A stretch of DNA of 58,491 nt, the filler included, from Dugesia japonica (taxonomy: Eukaryota), in assembly GCA_001938525.1 (NCBI GenBank). It is 5 parts of 5 records of this genome, joined end to end, with 100 filler letters (N's around TTAATTAATTAA, not from the genome) between each part and the next. Parts side by side here need not be neighbours in the genome. Positions count along the whole stretch, not along the records: positions 13,564 to 29,415 come from MQRL01629149.1; 4 more parts are not named here. One strand, given 5' to 3'. Of this stretch, positions 13,950-27,800 are shown piece after piece. A model generated the notes under the pieces. It ran no database searches, was not told the DNA's origin, and worked only from the letters and a program-made list of their open reading frames with translations. Position 1 is the stretch's first letter; the number at the start of each line of letters is the position of its first letter. The translations under genes and the position numbers were made by a program.

Positions 13950-15692
13950 ATGTCCGGGGAATTAAAGGCTACCCTCCATTTAATTCGGAAGCAAAGGAAA
14001 GATGCTTGCCTAAAGCAGTACTTGGCTCACACATTATCGCGGGGAATAGTGGAGCACCCGGACAAAACCAATTTGGCCTGTTTCGCCGAAATGTTTCCCG
14101 TGCCAGTTATAGTAGATCTGGATGCAGGAAAGGAGTGCCATTAATTTATTGTCGAACTGAATAAAACTTTTTTTGTGGACATAGTTTTAGTGAGAAAGGG
14201 ACGATCAGTGTAACAAAACTTTATTTATATTTATGAAAATATTTTTTTGTTTTTTATTTTTTTCTATTTACCCAACTTTTATAACTATAAGAATGGAATC
14301 CATTTGGGAACGAATAGTCGATCGGCAAACGCGCCGCATCATCTTTAGACGAAACCGTAACCCGTATAACCGCGATGCTGGTATACTGTTCGAACGAACT
14401 AACATTCCCCCTGGGGATGCTGTGGTAACTCGCATTGAGAGCTTCGGGGAAAGGTTGAATTACCAATAATGGAATGGCCCGACGCGAAATCACACTACTC
14501 CTTTCCATTATCAGGCTCCGGCTCCTCCCCGAAGGTGCAAGCGTTTATCAATAACTTGCTTTGGGGCGTTAGGGAACCCTCGGGGGTGGAGGACACAGAC
14601 AACACGGTTCCTGCTACGGACGCATCCCCTAACTCCTAGTGTTTAATTTAGTTATCATTTATATTTATCAATAAATGTGTGTTTCTATTTAATAGTAATA
14701 TAACTCACCCCTTTCGTTATAAAANNTTTTTTTCTTTTATTATTAATAATAGGATTTCGGTTTATCGCTAAGAAAAAAAAGGAGTTTCGAGTATTTTCTA
14801 ACATCATTAAATTTAGTAAATGTATGCTCTTTTACAGTGCATTCGTCTCTAAATCGTTCTACGGCTCCCACTAAAAAGATGAGGGATAACAGCGAGGACA
14901 AAGAAATGACTTGGGACCTCTATCGTCTTGCGAAGCGACGCTGGGAAGCAGAAATAGCCATCGCAAACAGTAAAGTGCTTGGATATAAAAAGAAATGTAC
15001 CACTTTTAAAAAAGAAACCGAAGCCTCCTACACGCAAGAACGTGTGTGGAAAAAACAAATCGAATCCTTCACTGAAATCATCAAGTCTTATCAGGAGCGT
15101 GAGAATAAATTAATAGAGAAGATATTGAAATTGAGGACGGCCATACCTTTGGCCCCACTTATGATCGATAAAGGTACCCAGACTAACCGTTCCCGAGTCT
15201 TCATGTTTCAATTTTTGATTAAATTTAATAAATTGTTTATTATTTGTATCTTCTCTAATCTACTTCTCCGATTTCATTTATGGAGGTGCCTACCTAAACT
15301 GTAATTTTTCTGTAGTGCCTCAAATTTTATTTCCAACTAGTTTGCGGAGATATCATTGGATTATGCGCTGTCTATTGCTAGAACGCCATTTAAAGCGTAA
15401 AACCGACCAGGCCTTGTTAAGACATCTCTCCCAGTGAGATCAATTGATCAAGAAGTTAGATTTAGTGATTAAGAAACAAAATGACTTAGCCGAAAAAACT
15501 AAGGCTCTCGAAGCACAGAATACCCAGATGATACTGCAACGGAAAGTAGAATTCTTAAAACAATATATAGTCAAGTCAGATGGGCAACCCAACTTGGATA
15601 CAATGGGATGACAACGACAAAGTCGCCGCTTTCAATTTTTTGTCAACCAACCCGGACCAGTGGTTAGACCCTGGCATGTTGGAAGAAATGTA
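13950..15692 (+). other. Orphan block of short co-oriented, partly decayed ORFs (probable unknown mobile or viral element)
   Basis: GC visibly higher than the flanks. ORFs start at 13950, about 14293, 14880 and 15363. Coiled-coil-like peptides with occasional in-frame stops. Confidence 0.4.
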
Positions 15693-15879
15693 AATGTCAT
15701 AGTAATAGATGTCTTCGACTCGTTTTTTGTTTCAAATTTTAGTGTGAGTTAAGGGAAATAGGTGAACCCAAATTAAAGGTATACGTGTGTGCACCTCTAA
15801 TAAAGTAGGAGGTCAACCGCCCTATACTGAAAACTTAAATAAAGGACTTTAGGTTAAATTCTTGTAAGGGTCCCCTGAG

Positions 15880-16463
15880 GGCTGTTTTTCCCCAGCCATC
15901 TGTTCTTGTCACCAAACTCAGGTGGAACCCCAACACATTTATCGAACTTCCATACTTTTCCAAGTTTATGGAAATGGTATAAAGTTCTTACATGACTTAC
16001 GCCTAAATTCTTCCCAAGCTCCCAAGTGGTTGCGCGTGGATCTGCTTCAATTATTACCTTCAAATCGTCCTTGATAACTTCTGATGGACGTCTCCAACCT
16101 TCGCCATCTTCACTCCTGAATTTTTTTTACCAAAATTGCACCGTTCTTTCTTTTGCAGTTTCATTGCCTAATGCGTTGTTGACTTTCCGAGTCGTCTCTG
16201 CTGCTTTAGATCCCAGTTTATTTTCCTATATAAATATTGCTCGTATTTGATATTTATCCAACATGTCTTCCAAAATAATATTTCACAATAAAATAGTAAT
16301 AAAAATAAAATATTACTTGTATTATACAAGTTGTATAATATAAAATTGAATATCCCCCTCAAAATGACATATAGATTAATATATTAAAACAAATGGTTCT
16401 TTTAACTAATTACTTTTAAAGTAATATTATATAAAACTGCAATTATTTTCTTACCAACCTAAT
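15880..16463 (-). mobile_element. 5' half of a mariner transposon
   Basis: TIR ttaggttggtaagaaaataattgcagtttt on the minus strand at about 16433-16463. Transposase N-terminus AAETTRKVNNALG..ERTVQFW..FRS, LKVIIEADPRATTWEL, degenerate WVPHEL. Confidence 0.85.
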
Positions 16464-19400
16464 AATTCGTAGTGTTTTTATTGAAAATAAATTTTCTTCT
16501 GACTATATAATTAGTAATCAATATCAATGATAAAATATCGTTTTTATAGATGTGTAGGGATCACAGAATATTTTACAAATTTGGAGAGCCGCACACAAAC
16601 CCTTGTCTTAAATCATATTATTATATTACATTTAAATTATAGTTATTTTGTTGTAATGCTGAAAAATTTACAAGATTTCATTTTTTTAAAAATTTAGGAA
16701 AAGTGCTAATTACAATTTTAAAAAAAACCAAATTTAATGCACTTCAATAGATTTATTAACAATATTTTTGGATTTGTTACACAATTTTTGAGAAATCTTT
16801 TTAATGTTAATTTACTTATTTATTTTATTATCTTTATTTTAAATTTTATAATCTATTATTAGTTCATAATGTTTTTATTTCAATTTCTTTGGTATGCCGC
16901 TCATTTGCATTTAACGGATGCTTTAAATTTAGCTTTTTATAATTTTCACTTTGTTTTAATTTATAATTTTCTTGGGAACCATTTTCATCATTTTCTTCCG
17001 AATACTCAAGATTTAGTGTCATTGTATTTCTGATTTAGTTTATTTTCTTTACTCGTATTAATAATATTTTTGAAATTTTTAACAGTTCAATTACCAAATT
17101 ATCCATTTCTCTATAATTAACAACTAGTCTTTTTCTCCTGAATCTTTTCTTTTATTTATAATTATATTTCACTTCCACTTTTTTATTATTCTGCCCTGCC
17201 ATTCTTTTTTTTATTAAAAAATTCAGATTTCATTGACTTTTTAACTCCAAAATAATAAAATTTTAATGAAGAATTAAAACGGCTAGAAAATTTTCATTTT
17301 ATCTTATTACTAGAAAATAACCGATNTCAGAATTATTATTTAAATAATTTCAGATTTTCTTTGTGATATAATTTAAACAAAGTTGGATAAATAATTATTT
17401 CTATTTTTTTTAGAAAATTGACTGATAATTTAAATCGTAAGAATTGTGTAGATGGATTTTTGAACTCTTTCAGAATTTCCCATATACTATTGTTACATAT
17501 TAAGCAGTTTAAATCTTATCTAAACTAAAAAAATCAATCTTAACGGGATCAAATTTCGTTAACCACAATTAGAAACTTTTAAATAACTCATAGACTAATA
17601 ACTTTTTTTCACAACAAACGGATTACGTTGTTCTACATTATTTCCCACAATAAACTTCAAATTATGCATTTTTACATATGAAATTTAACATTTATTCAAA
17701 TATAATATAAGTTGTAGCAGTATATAATATAGGAATGGGCCTTATGCATCGAAGTTTTTAAACAGAACTTATTCGTTTATTGGTGCACCAATGCAGAAAA
17801 CTTGGTTTTCACCCTAGCCCTAATATAATAATTCTAATAATTATCGAAACAAACAAACAAATTTTGTTATTTTTACGTAATTCGCCTCTAAAAATATTGT
17901 GAATAAATGCGAGTAAACGTATTATTATCACAATCCATCATTTTCTAGTCATTACTCATACTGCAATCCGTCAGAATTTAAAGAAAGATGGTTGGAATTT
18001 TTTGAGGTATATTATGGAAAATTCAGTAAAACTACTATGAATAATTATATTTACTAATAAGGCTACCAAAGATAAAAAATAATTTAAATATTAATTTATA
18101 ATTAAATTTTGTAATAAAAAGACTCACTTACCATCATAACTCATTTGAAATAAATTCACTGTTTCACAAATTAGATTAAAGTAAATGTCAAACTTACCAA
18201 ACAAACACACTACTGATTAATTTATTATTAGAATTTAATTAAAATTTTTGAAAATCGATTTTACAAAAGTTTAGTCAAATAGTTTAATGGCACAGATTTT
18301 GGTGAATCAGGCTTTTTTATGGTTTTAACTTCAACTTCGACGTGATTCTTCTTAATTGAATACAAATTGATTTATTAATAAAAATTTTTTAATCAACTTT
18401 TAGACATTTTAGAGTTACAAATGTAATCATCATGCTTATCAACAGGCCCAGATTAAGGTGGGGGGCTAACCTGCCGACAGCTCGAGGTACTTAAACTTTT
18501 TTGTAAAATCAAGCAACTTAAATACATAAAGTGAAAAGTTTGCTTTGTCTTTGATACCAACTTTATATTCATTAAATATNNNNNNNNNNNNNNNNNNNNN
18601 NNNNNNNNNNNNNNNNNNNNNNNNNAAACATCAATATTTTATGTTTTTCAGAAAGAAAAGTTCCACATTATGAAATACTAATATTATTATAATATTATCT
18701 AAATTCTAATGTTTTCAGTTGAAACTTAGTTTACGTGACTACTGGCTGGCACTACACTTCTGAAATATATATTTATATATATCAGAGAATGAAACAAATG
18801 AAAGGGTAATACTAAAATAAATAAGAAAATAATCAGAAATAAAAGAAATATTAATCAACAAAATGGTAAGAAAATGATTTTTAAATAATAATAATTTGAA
18901 TTAAAAAGCACAAGAAAATATTGAACAAAATCTAGGGTAAAACAGTAATAAGAAAATAAAGATTAATAAGTTGTTGAGAAAACCAAGAAATGATTAAGTA
19001 TTAAAATATATAATAATTGAAGATAATAAATAGTTAGATGGCTCCAAAGAAACTAAGATAAAATAGTGCTCAGAAAAATTAATCAAATTATTTAAGTAAT
19101 CGAAAAAGAGAAGGTAAATAAAACCAGGTATATACATAATTATTTATAATTTATATAAATGTTAAAACTATTTATATATTAAAAAAAATTTTATTGATGA
19201 GAGAAAAGGAAAGATTAAAACAAATAATTATATTAAAACATTTTGATATTTTAAAGAGAAATGATAGGAAATAAAAAGCAAAATAAATCATCATCATCAT
19301 TATAAATAATAAAATATTAGATTATCAGTCAGATTTAAGTAGAAGAATTTTATTATTATTATTATAATTTTATATAAAATTTGAAAATGTGAAATTATAA

Positions 19401-20031
19401 TTATTATCGATAAATATAAATATAATTATTATTATTATTCAACAAATATTATTATTTATAATAAACAAGAAGGAATTAAAACAGGAAAATTATATGTAGA
19501 AGAAGGTCTCATGATTTTATGTAAGAATTTAGTATTGATATTTTCATATTTGCATGTGATTGTGTAATCATCTTTATTTCTAAAACTCTTACAAGTTTCA
19601 GAAAATTATTATTTTTTAAGAAAAATGTTATTTTTTTAAAGCCGTTACACTTGAGGAAAAAACAGAATATCTGTGAACACCTAACCCGCTACAGAATTAA
19701 CAAAAAATAAAAACTATCATTTCCATATTTGGACATTTTTGTAGAATCTATGGGTGAGCGTCGTACGATTCCTTTCATTAACAAAAAATGTGAAGTGGAC
19801 ACCCACTATATCTGTCAAAATTGGATGATACAGTGAAGTACAAAAGGAAAGCAAAAAAATTAGATTTTTCACTTAAAAATTTATTGTGGAGCTCTTAGCA
19901 GTTTGACTTTACAAAACTCCTAAGCAGTATTACCAGTTAAATCTATCAAGGAACAGAAGTAAAATTTCGATTTATTTGTTTTATAATTCGATAATATTTA
20001 TTTTATATTTCGATAAATTTTTCTCAATAAA

Positions 20032-22040
20032 TGGAGGACACCGGGGAAGAATCGTCATTAGTTGGCTCAGCTGGCGGTGACGGTCGTTCCTGACAGGTGC
20101 CTCATCCACTCTTGATAAACTAGTAAGCGCAACGTTAAAATATTATGATGATCCATGATGAGCGAATAAATGAATTAAGAACAAGTTGCAATACATCATT
20201 GAATTGATAATGAGGTACGACATCTAAATGAATTACGATATATCAATGAATTGAGAATGAGATATAAGCTATGGACCAATCCGCGATCATAATTGTAACT
20301 TACGAGAAGTGTGATCATGAGAGTCAAACGATATGAGATATGAGACGCCATGATAAAGGAAAATGGTGTGAAGGTTGAACTTTCTATTGCTGAATTATAA
20401 GGTGGACGATAAACATTTTGAGTTATGACGTGAAGATAAATTTGTGCTTATTGTATTTAATGGATATAATGAATTGAGTTTAATATGAATTTACTTGAAA
20501 ATATTAATTTCCGCTTATAAAATTGTGCTGTTACGTTTTTATTTCATAGATCTATATATTATTGTTTTTGTTTATGAAAAGAAATTTTTATATGAATAAT
20601 TAATTAAATTAGAACAATTATTTTGAGACAGTTATATATTTCCTAAAATAAAATATAAAATGCTTAACTATTTTATTGATACCGTTATATATTTCAAACA
20701 GATTAAACTAATAATGATGATCATAAAACAAAATTGTTTAAAATTATTGACGCGACTTAAAAATTTTAAATCATTAATAAGTAGCTGGTCGGGATGCATC
20801 GGTTCCTGAGAGCAATAAGAAACGAAGCTCTCGCCGAGGACTCTCACATCCTTACTCGCATATACAATACAAATTAAAGATCATAAAAATCAAAGTATGA
20901 AATATTCGAAATTATTGTAATTTGTAATGTAAATAGTTATGTGAATAATAAAATTGTTTAGAAATGTCTAGGAAAATATCGAATGATGAAGCAATGAAAT
21001 TACTAAATGGATGAACCTTCACGACTGGAGTCTGCAATCGGATGCCAATATTATATAATTCGGGGAATGACTACGGCACCCACAAGGATCCATGGTTAAG
21101 ATTACGAGAGATGGAAATCAGAGATCAGAAGAAGGAGATACTTCGTTTAAGAAAACAGAACAGGCTGCTACACGACCAACTCCATAATCAGGAACACGAG
21201 CAAGAAAGACACAATCTTGCACTCGCATAATTATTATACAAGGTTTCGAATCACCTTAAAAAGCAACCAACAATAACAGAACAAAATACTGGGTTTAAAC
21301 GGAACCTACTGGAGCATAATCAAGTCGGTAAACGATTAGGACAGTGGATAGAACGAATAATGCCGACGCTTGTAGCTCATCTAGAGAATCTGGAGGATGG
21401 AGAATTAATCGAAGAAACAACTGTATAATCAAACTGTGGCGATAACCTCTTTGTAATCATAAACAAATTTATAGTGAATATATTTTGTTGATGAGATGAC
21501 TTCTTATTTGTCGAGAACTATCTTTAAGAAATTAGCAAAAATTCGATCACCATAAATAAACTCTTGTGAATAGTTTTGAGTTATTGCTTGCGAAAAATTG
21601 AACTATGTGACGATAAATGATTAGTTTATTTAAATATCAGAATGTCAATGAGAATCACCAAATCCACTCAGGAGGAGTTTTTGGTTGATTAGCGCGTGGC
21701 CAAACTGGAACTATAGAGGTTTGGTAAGGAAGATAAAGAACTACGAGAGACGATCAGCCTCACCAAGTGAAAGATGTCTACATTGTCAGAACGATTGAGT
21801 GTGAGTCGCTAGAGAGAACTCACACTCATCGCGAACAACCGAATGCTTGTCAAAATCATGAAAACTTATGCGGATCGAGAAGCACCAGTCCTCACCAACG
21901 TAAAGACCTTATGGAAGGAATATGAGGTGAAGAGCAAAAGTGACGATGAATGTGTGATTACCGAGGAAAAAATCTTCGAGTCACCATATCAAAATAAATG
22001 TGTAATTATTTTCAGAGTCTTTCTCATTTTGCAAGGGATA
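20032..22040 (+). other. Second orphan block of short co-oriented decayed ORFs
   Basis: ORFs start at about 20032, 20963 and 21642 and can be read through single stops. Coiled-coil-like; GC higher than the flanks. Confidence 0.4.
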
Positions 22041-22044
22041 AAAG

Positions 22045-22712
22045 TAAATTTATTAATCAAATTCTAACCGTCGATGAAATATGGTTGCATTTCTTTGATC
22101 CTGAAACCAAATAACAATTCATGGAGTGAAAGCATTACGGATCACCCCGACCCAAAAAATTCCGAAGACAAAAGTGTGCAGGAAAAGTCTTAGCCACTGT
22201 TTTCTGGGATTGCAAAGGCATTGNGATGATAGACTTTTTAGAAAAAGGCTCAACGATAAATTATGAATATTATTCATCTTTATTGGTCAAAGTTAAGGAA
22301 AATTAAAACAAAACGGCCTGGAAAGTTAAGAAATGGTATTCAATTTTTGCAGGACAAATAACCTGCACATACCACCTTACAGACATTGAATACAATTCAA
22401 GATATTGGTTTCCAAGTTTTAGAACATCCAGCCTATTCTCCTGATTTGGCTTCGTCCGATTATTTTTGTTTTTATATTTGAAAAAATGTGGAAAGGAAAG
22501 CATTTCGAAACAAACAGTGATGTCATCATAACTACGAAGCATGTTTTAAAGCCCAATCTGCGGACTTCTACTATGAAGGCATAGCTTCATTAGAAAAAAG
22601 ATGTAAAAAGTGTATTAATTGTTTGGGAGAATATATTGAATAAAAATACTGGTTTTCTCTTTTTTGAAATATTAAGTATGGGTTAGGCTAAAAACTTTTC
22701 AGACCCCCCTCG
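22045..22712 (+). mobile_element. 3' half of a mariner (irritans-like) transposon
   Basis: TVDEIWLHFFDPETK, AGKVLATVFWDCKG, FLQD, HPAYSPDLASSDY. Right TIR aaaacttttcagacccccctcg followed by TA. Confidence 0.9.
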
Positions 22713-22938
22713 TATTGTACATAGGTAAAATATTTGGATGAACATACTTTTAAATAATATGATCATAAGATTTTTTAAATTTGCATATTATTGTGATGGG
22801 CATTCTATTTGAAAATATTTGTTATTATTAATTTTATTATTTACTTTTTCATTAAATAAAGTTTTAAATTTATTAGCTATTGTCAAATGACCTTAGATAT
22901 TTGTTTTAAAATAATATTAATAAAATTTTGAAATTCTA

Positions 22939-24788
22939 ATGACTGTTCTTTATTCACATACTCTAAGTAAAATACATATATGGACTGTATTCACTATTCT
23001 TTGGAGGTTCAAAATTGATTATTTCTTAACTGTCTGTTTAAAATTGCTGTCATTTAGATGGAAAGGAAGTGTATTTAAATTGGTTTGGTTTGAGGGTTTT
23101 GTATTTTTTTCAATTTATGCAGCTCTTTCAATTCTGTACAGATTCATACTATTTCCGTATCATGATAAATCGGAATTGTAAGTCGTAAATTTACTCTGAA
23201 ATTGGTGTTTTATAGTTCTCATGAAAGTTATGTTTTATTTCATTTTATGTTATATTTCATTGGCGACTTGAAAAAATATTGACTCAATATCGAAATGATT
23301 CAACTAGTTTATTGTTGTTCATATTATAAATATTATAATTTTAACAAATAATAGAAAGCTTTATAAACAAGTATAATTTAACAAAATAAAAATTAAAAAA
23401 AACAATTTCTTAAATTTTAACCTTTTTATTTAATTTATTTGATGTTTTAAAGTGTAAATCAGGTATGTGCAACTTAGTTGTGACTGCAGGCCGTGAAATA
23501 AATATTACATCAAATCGTGGACCTGACTTATATTTCCAATTTGAAAACAGTGTAAGAACTTTTTGAGGTTATTTCAAGAAATAATATTAAAAGCGTACCA
23601 ACATTGGATTTTTCTTTTATTATATTAATTCTCTTTTATATACACACATTAAATTATAGTTTATTGTAATTAATTGATTTTTTATTTATTCAAGTTTGCT
23701 CAAGTATTAAAAATTTCATTCATATTCCATATAAATATTGAAATTAATTTAATTCTAACTTCTATTTATCCGCTGTATTAATTTATTTCGAATTTTACCG
23801 AAACTAAAATTAAATTTTAATTTAATATTCAACCATAGCAGAATAAATACTTAGAAGGTTAATCTAATTTTCTATAAACAATGTTACAAAACTATAAGGA
23901 AATAAATAACTATTAAAAAATTTCAACCAATAAAAATTGATTAAAATTATTTTAATTGATTTTTAGTTTCTATTTCAGAATATTTATGTATATTTATAGT
24001 TTTAAATTGAAAATACAAATATGTGTGAAATTAATATTTGTGATTTGGAAAATAAATTATCTTTAGAAGATGTACTATAATTTCATCTTTCGAGATTTTT
24101 AATAAAATTTACCCATTTTAAAATGAAATATTTTCTAAATATTGCAAATGTTGTGACTTGTTAAAATTTTCTATATAAGAAAACTTCATAATCATCTAGA
24201 AAGTGTTTTCATCGTATTAATTTAGTTTTTCACATTTTGTATTAAAATTAATAAATGGAAAAAAGTTTTTTCTTTTTATTTCGACAGCTGAAAGTAATTG
24301 CAAATAATTTTGTTGTATTTATATATTGTAATATTGTTGTATTTTTAATCTTCTGTTGTGTTCAAACATACTACTGCACTTCAGATAATTGGAAAGTCAA
24401 ATTAATGAGCACTGATAAAATAAAAGTGAAGAAAATAAAAAGTTGACAGAAAAACTAAGAAAAACACTTATCGTATTAAGTGAAGCAAAAACAAAAGAAT
24501 GATTAAAGTTAAAAAGTTACATTAAGAAAAAATAAAATTACAAAAGAAAAACTATTCAAAACTTTATTTCAACGATTGAAGATCAATAATTTTACATGGA
24601 AAAAATAAAATACAGCTAACTTAAAGATAAAGAATTTTACATCTTGATTTTTGTTTAAATATCTATGTAAATAATTTAGTATCTTTGTTTCAAGTTTACA
24701 ATCACCATTTCCACTATAAAATTTAGTCAAATAATAATTAAAAAATGACTCAATTTTAGATTGAACTTGTGAAATTAATAATTTAATT

Positions 24789-24852
<64 letters not shown>

Positions 24853-27800
24853 NNNNNNNNNNNNNNNNNNNNNNNNNNNNNNNNNNNNNNNNNNNNNNNN
24901 NNNNNNNAAGAAGAAGAAGAAGAAGAAGAAGAAGAAGAAGAAGAAGAAGGAGAAGAAGGAGAATAATTATAATAAGAATGATAAAATTAATAATAATAAT
25001 AGTAATTATAATTAAATAAATAATAATGATAATAAAATAAATAATATATCAATCCTTTTCCTAATATCAACATTAGATCGAAATTTTAATAAATTTATTT
25101 CCTCACCCTACAGAACCAAATCACTGAAATTCAAATACTATTTTTAATATCAAATTTAAAAACACCATAAATTACAAATATTTTCATTTTGTGCAGAGAT
25201 TTTATGTTTAATCAACTTTTTTTGAATTATCATTAAAGATTTGATTGAATACACGAATTAAAACAATTAACAGAACTTATATTTAACATTTCTCTAATTA
25301 GTTCCCCATAATACATTGTTGTTTGTCCAAAGACGATACGAGATTATTCCATGAGAAAATTCTAAGAATGTCGAAAAAGGAGTAAAGAATAAGTGGTGGT
25401 ATAATGAATTAATTAACTGAATTAATTTCTTTAAAATTAATTTCATTTTCAAAATTTGTATAAATTTTTTTTGTAATCAACCGAACTTATAAATTATAGG
25501 ATATTTTTACTAATTTATGTTAAATTAAAGATTGATATTAGTTTTTTTGTCAGAGTATTCATACAGAGAAGGGATTAATTGGTTTTTTATTATTCTATTG
25601 CATTGTTTTTGTAAGTATAAATTGATTTATAATTACAATTATTGCGAGAATAATGGTTTTATGTAACCATTGATCGTTTTTCAGAATTCGTTTCAAAATT
25701 TTTTTCAAAATAAAAGTCGAAAATTATATTTATTATCAAAAACAAAAAAAATTGACCAAAGCTTTTATTTTAATGAAGTATAAATTGAACTCATAAATTG
25801 AACTCATTATATTTCAAATGACAGTTGAAACTAATATAAGCAGTAAAATGTTGTTATTCTTTTCAATTTTAAAATTATTCTTCTGTAACAAATTTAATAT
25901 CTAAAATTTTCCAAAATAACCTGAGTTTACAATCAACGTTCCCTCTAATTTTGAAAACCCGTGTGCGGGTTAAACTGCAATGTTGGCAAACCATATAAAT
26001 TAAAAGAAAATTGGTCAAAATATAAAACATCCCAAAATTTTTTTGTACTGTAATTTTATTTTTTAGTATGTAAATAAAAATTATAACTTATTATATTATA
26101 TTCAAACAAGAAGTGTGACTAATTTAATGAAAAGTTATAAATAGAAAACAAAAACAATGTACCTATATTAAATTCAGAAGGTAAAATATATAACTATAAA
26201 AAATATAAAATCATAATTTCGTGGGGGGATAAGAATGCTGAATGGGCAACCATTTTTATCTGGGCGGCCGCCCGCCTTCAAACCTTACAGGCAAAGTTGT
26301 TTACAATGGTCCTATGGATTGATTTCAAAGCGGAAATGATATAAAAATAATAACAATAACAAAAAATTATTTAATTGTTAATTAATTTTATGTATTATAA
26401 ACAATATAAATTAATCATTGTAAATAAAAACATACGCTTTTTAAAAAATCTTTGGAAAACAATTTGACCATAGGCATAAATTTTCCAAAATTGAAACTTA
26501 AAACAATTAAATGTATACTGAAAGAAAAGATAAACTTCGTTTTTATTAATGTTATTATTATTGTTTGATAAAATAACGTTATTTCCTTCAGTATCTTTCA
26601 ATTCAATTTTCTCTGTCGTTAACACATCATTAATATCATTTTCATTTAAGCTAAGTTCGTCGTAATTACATTCAGATTCTGTTTCCAGTGATTTTTCGTC
26701 GTCAGTTTCAACTTCTTTTGTTTTATTACAGAACGGATAATTGATTTTATTTTTTATCAAGTTAATTTGAAATTTTTTTTCAAGTTTACGTTTAAATATA
26801 GACTGATTTTGTTTGTAATTTTTATATATTGAAATTTGATTGGTTGTTGATGTTATTAATTTATTTTCTAGAAAATTAACTTCATAAGATTTTGATGTTC
26901 GATATTCCAAATGACATTTTAAAGCACGATTTGTTTGTTTGATGGTTTTTTTACGATTATTTAAATAGTTTATCACTTCAGAAACATCAAAGTTATTAGG
27001 AAATAACCGAAATCCGTCGACATTAAATTTATGCCTTTGATGATAAAATTCATCCAGGCAAGCAGCACATTCAATTTTACATAATTTAGAATTACGTTGA
27101 CAATATTTTTTCAGCCATTTTTTTCTTGATTTAAGAGGTTCAATTATGATTGCTCGGTCTAGTTCTATATTCTTGTTTTCTTTTTTGATGAGATTTCGAA
27201 TTCTATTTTTTCGTTCGATCAATTTCATTTCAAGCCAAATGTTATTATTAGTCATGTTGAACATTTATTTAATTAGAATTTTCATTTTATTTCTTTACCA
27301 ATATTATATGTTATAAAGAATATGGCTCATTGAAATTATTTATATGAATATTATTAATCAATTAAATATATAAATTATTAAATATGCTACTACATTTAAT
27401 AATTAAATTATTACAATTCTTTTTCAATGAAGTGAATTAAAATTTTTGTTTAATATACTTATTAATTATAATTTTCGAGAAATTTATTTTTTGGCCGACT
27501 TCCAAGTGTTTAAAAACTTCACTTAAGAACTCCTGAATAATTAATTCAATTTACCATGACTTTATTTCATTATATTTTGAAAATATTAAAAATAATGGAA
27601 CATTGTAAATACTACTAAAAAAGAGTAGTAAAGATTTTTCCGAATACCTTTATACCAATGGACATAATAAACATTGGGAAAGTATGCAAAAAGTAATCAC
27701 AATTCATAAATTTGTTATGATTAAGTGTTGTTTAAAAAACAAATAAAACGTGAAATAATCAATTAATCAATGTTTATTCACCAATCTTTTTAATTAAAAA

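Noticed and set aside
17730-18210. Exon-like segments with good splice sites on both strands
   Set aside because: I could not assemble a phase-consistent open reading frame.
22939-23181. 80-aa ORF as a standalone gene (likewise 28023-28694)
   Set aside because: These are bestrophin exons read through in-frame 51-nt introns.
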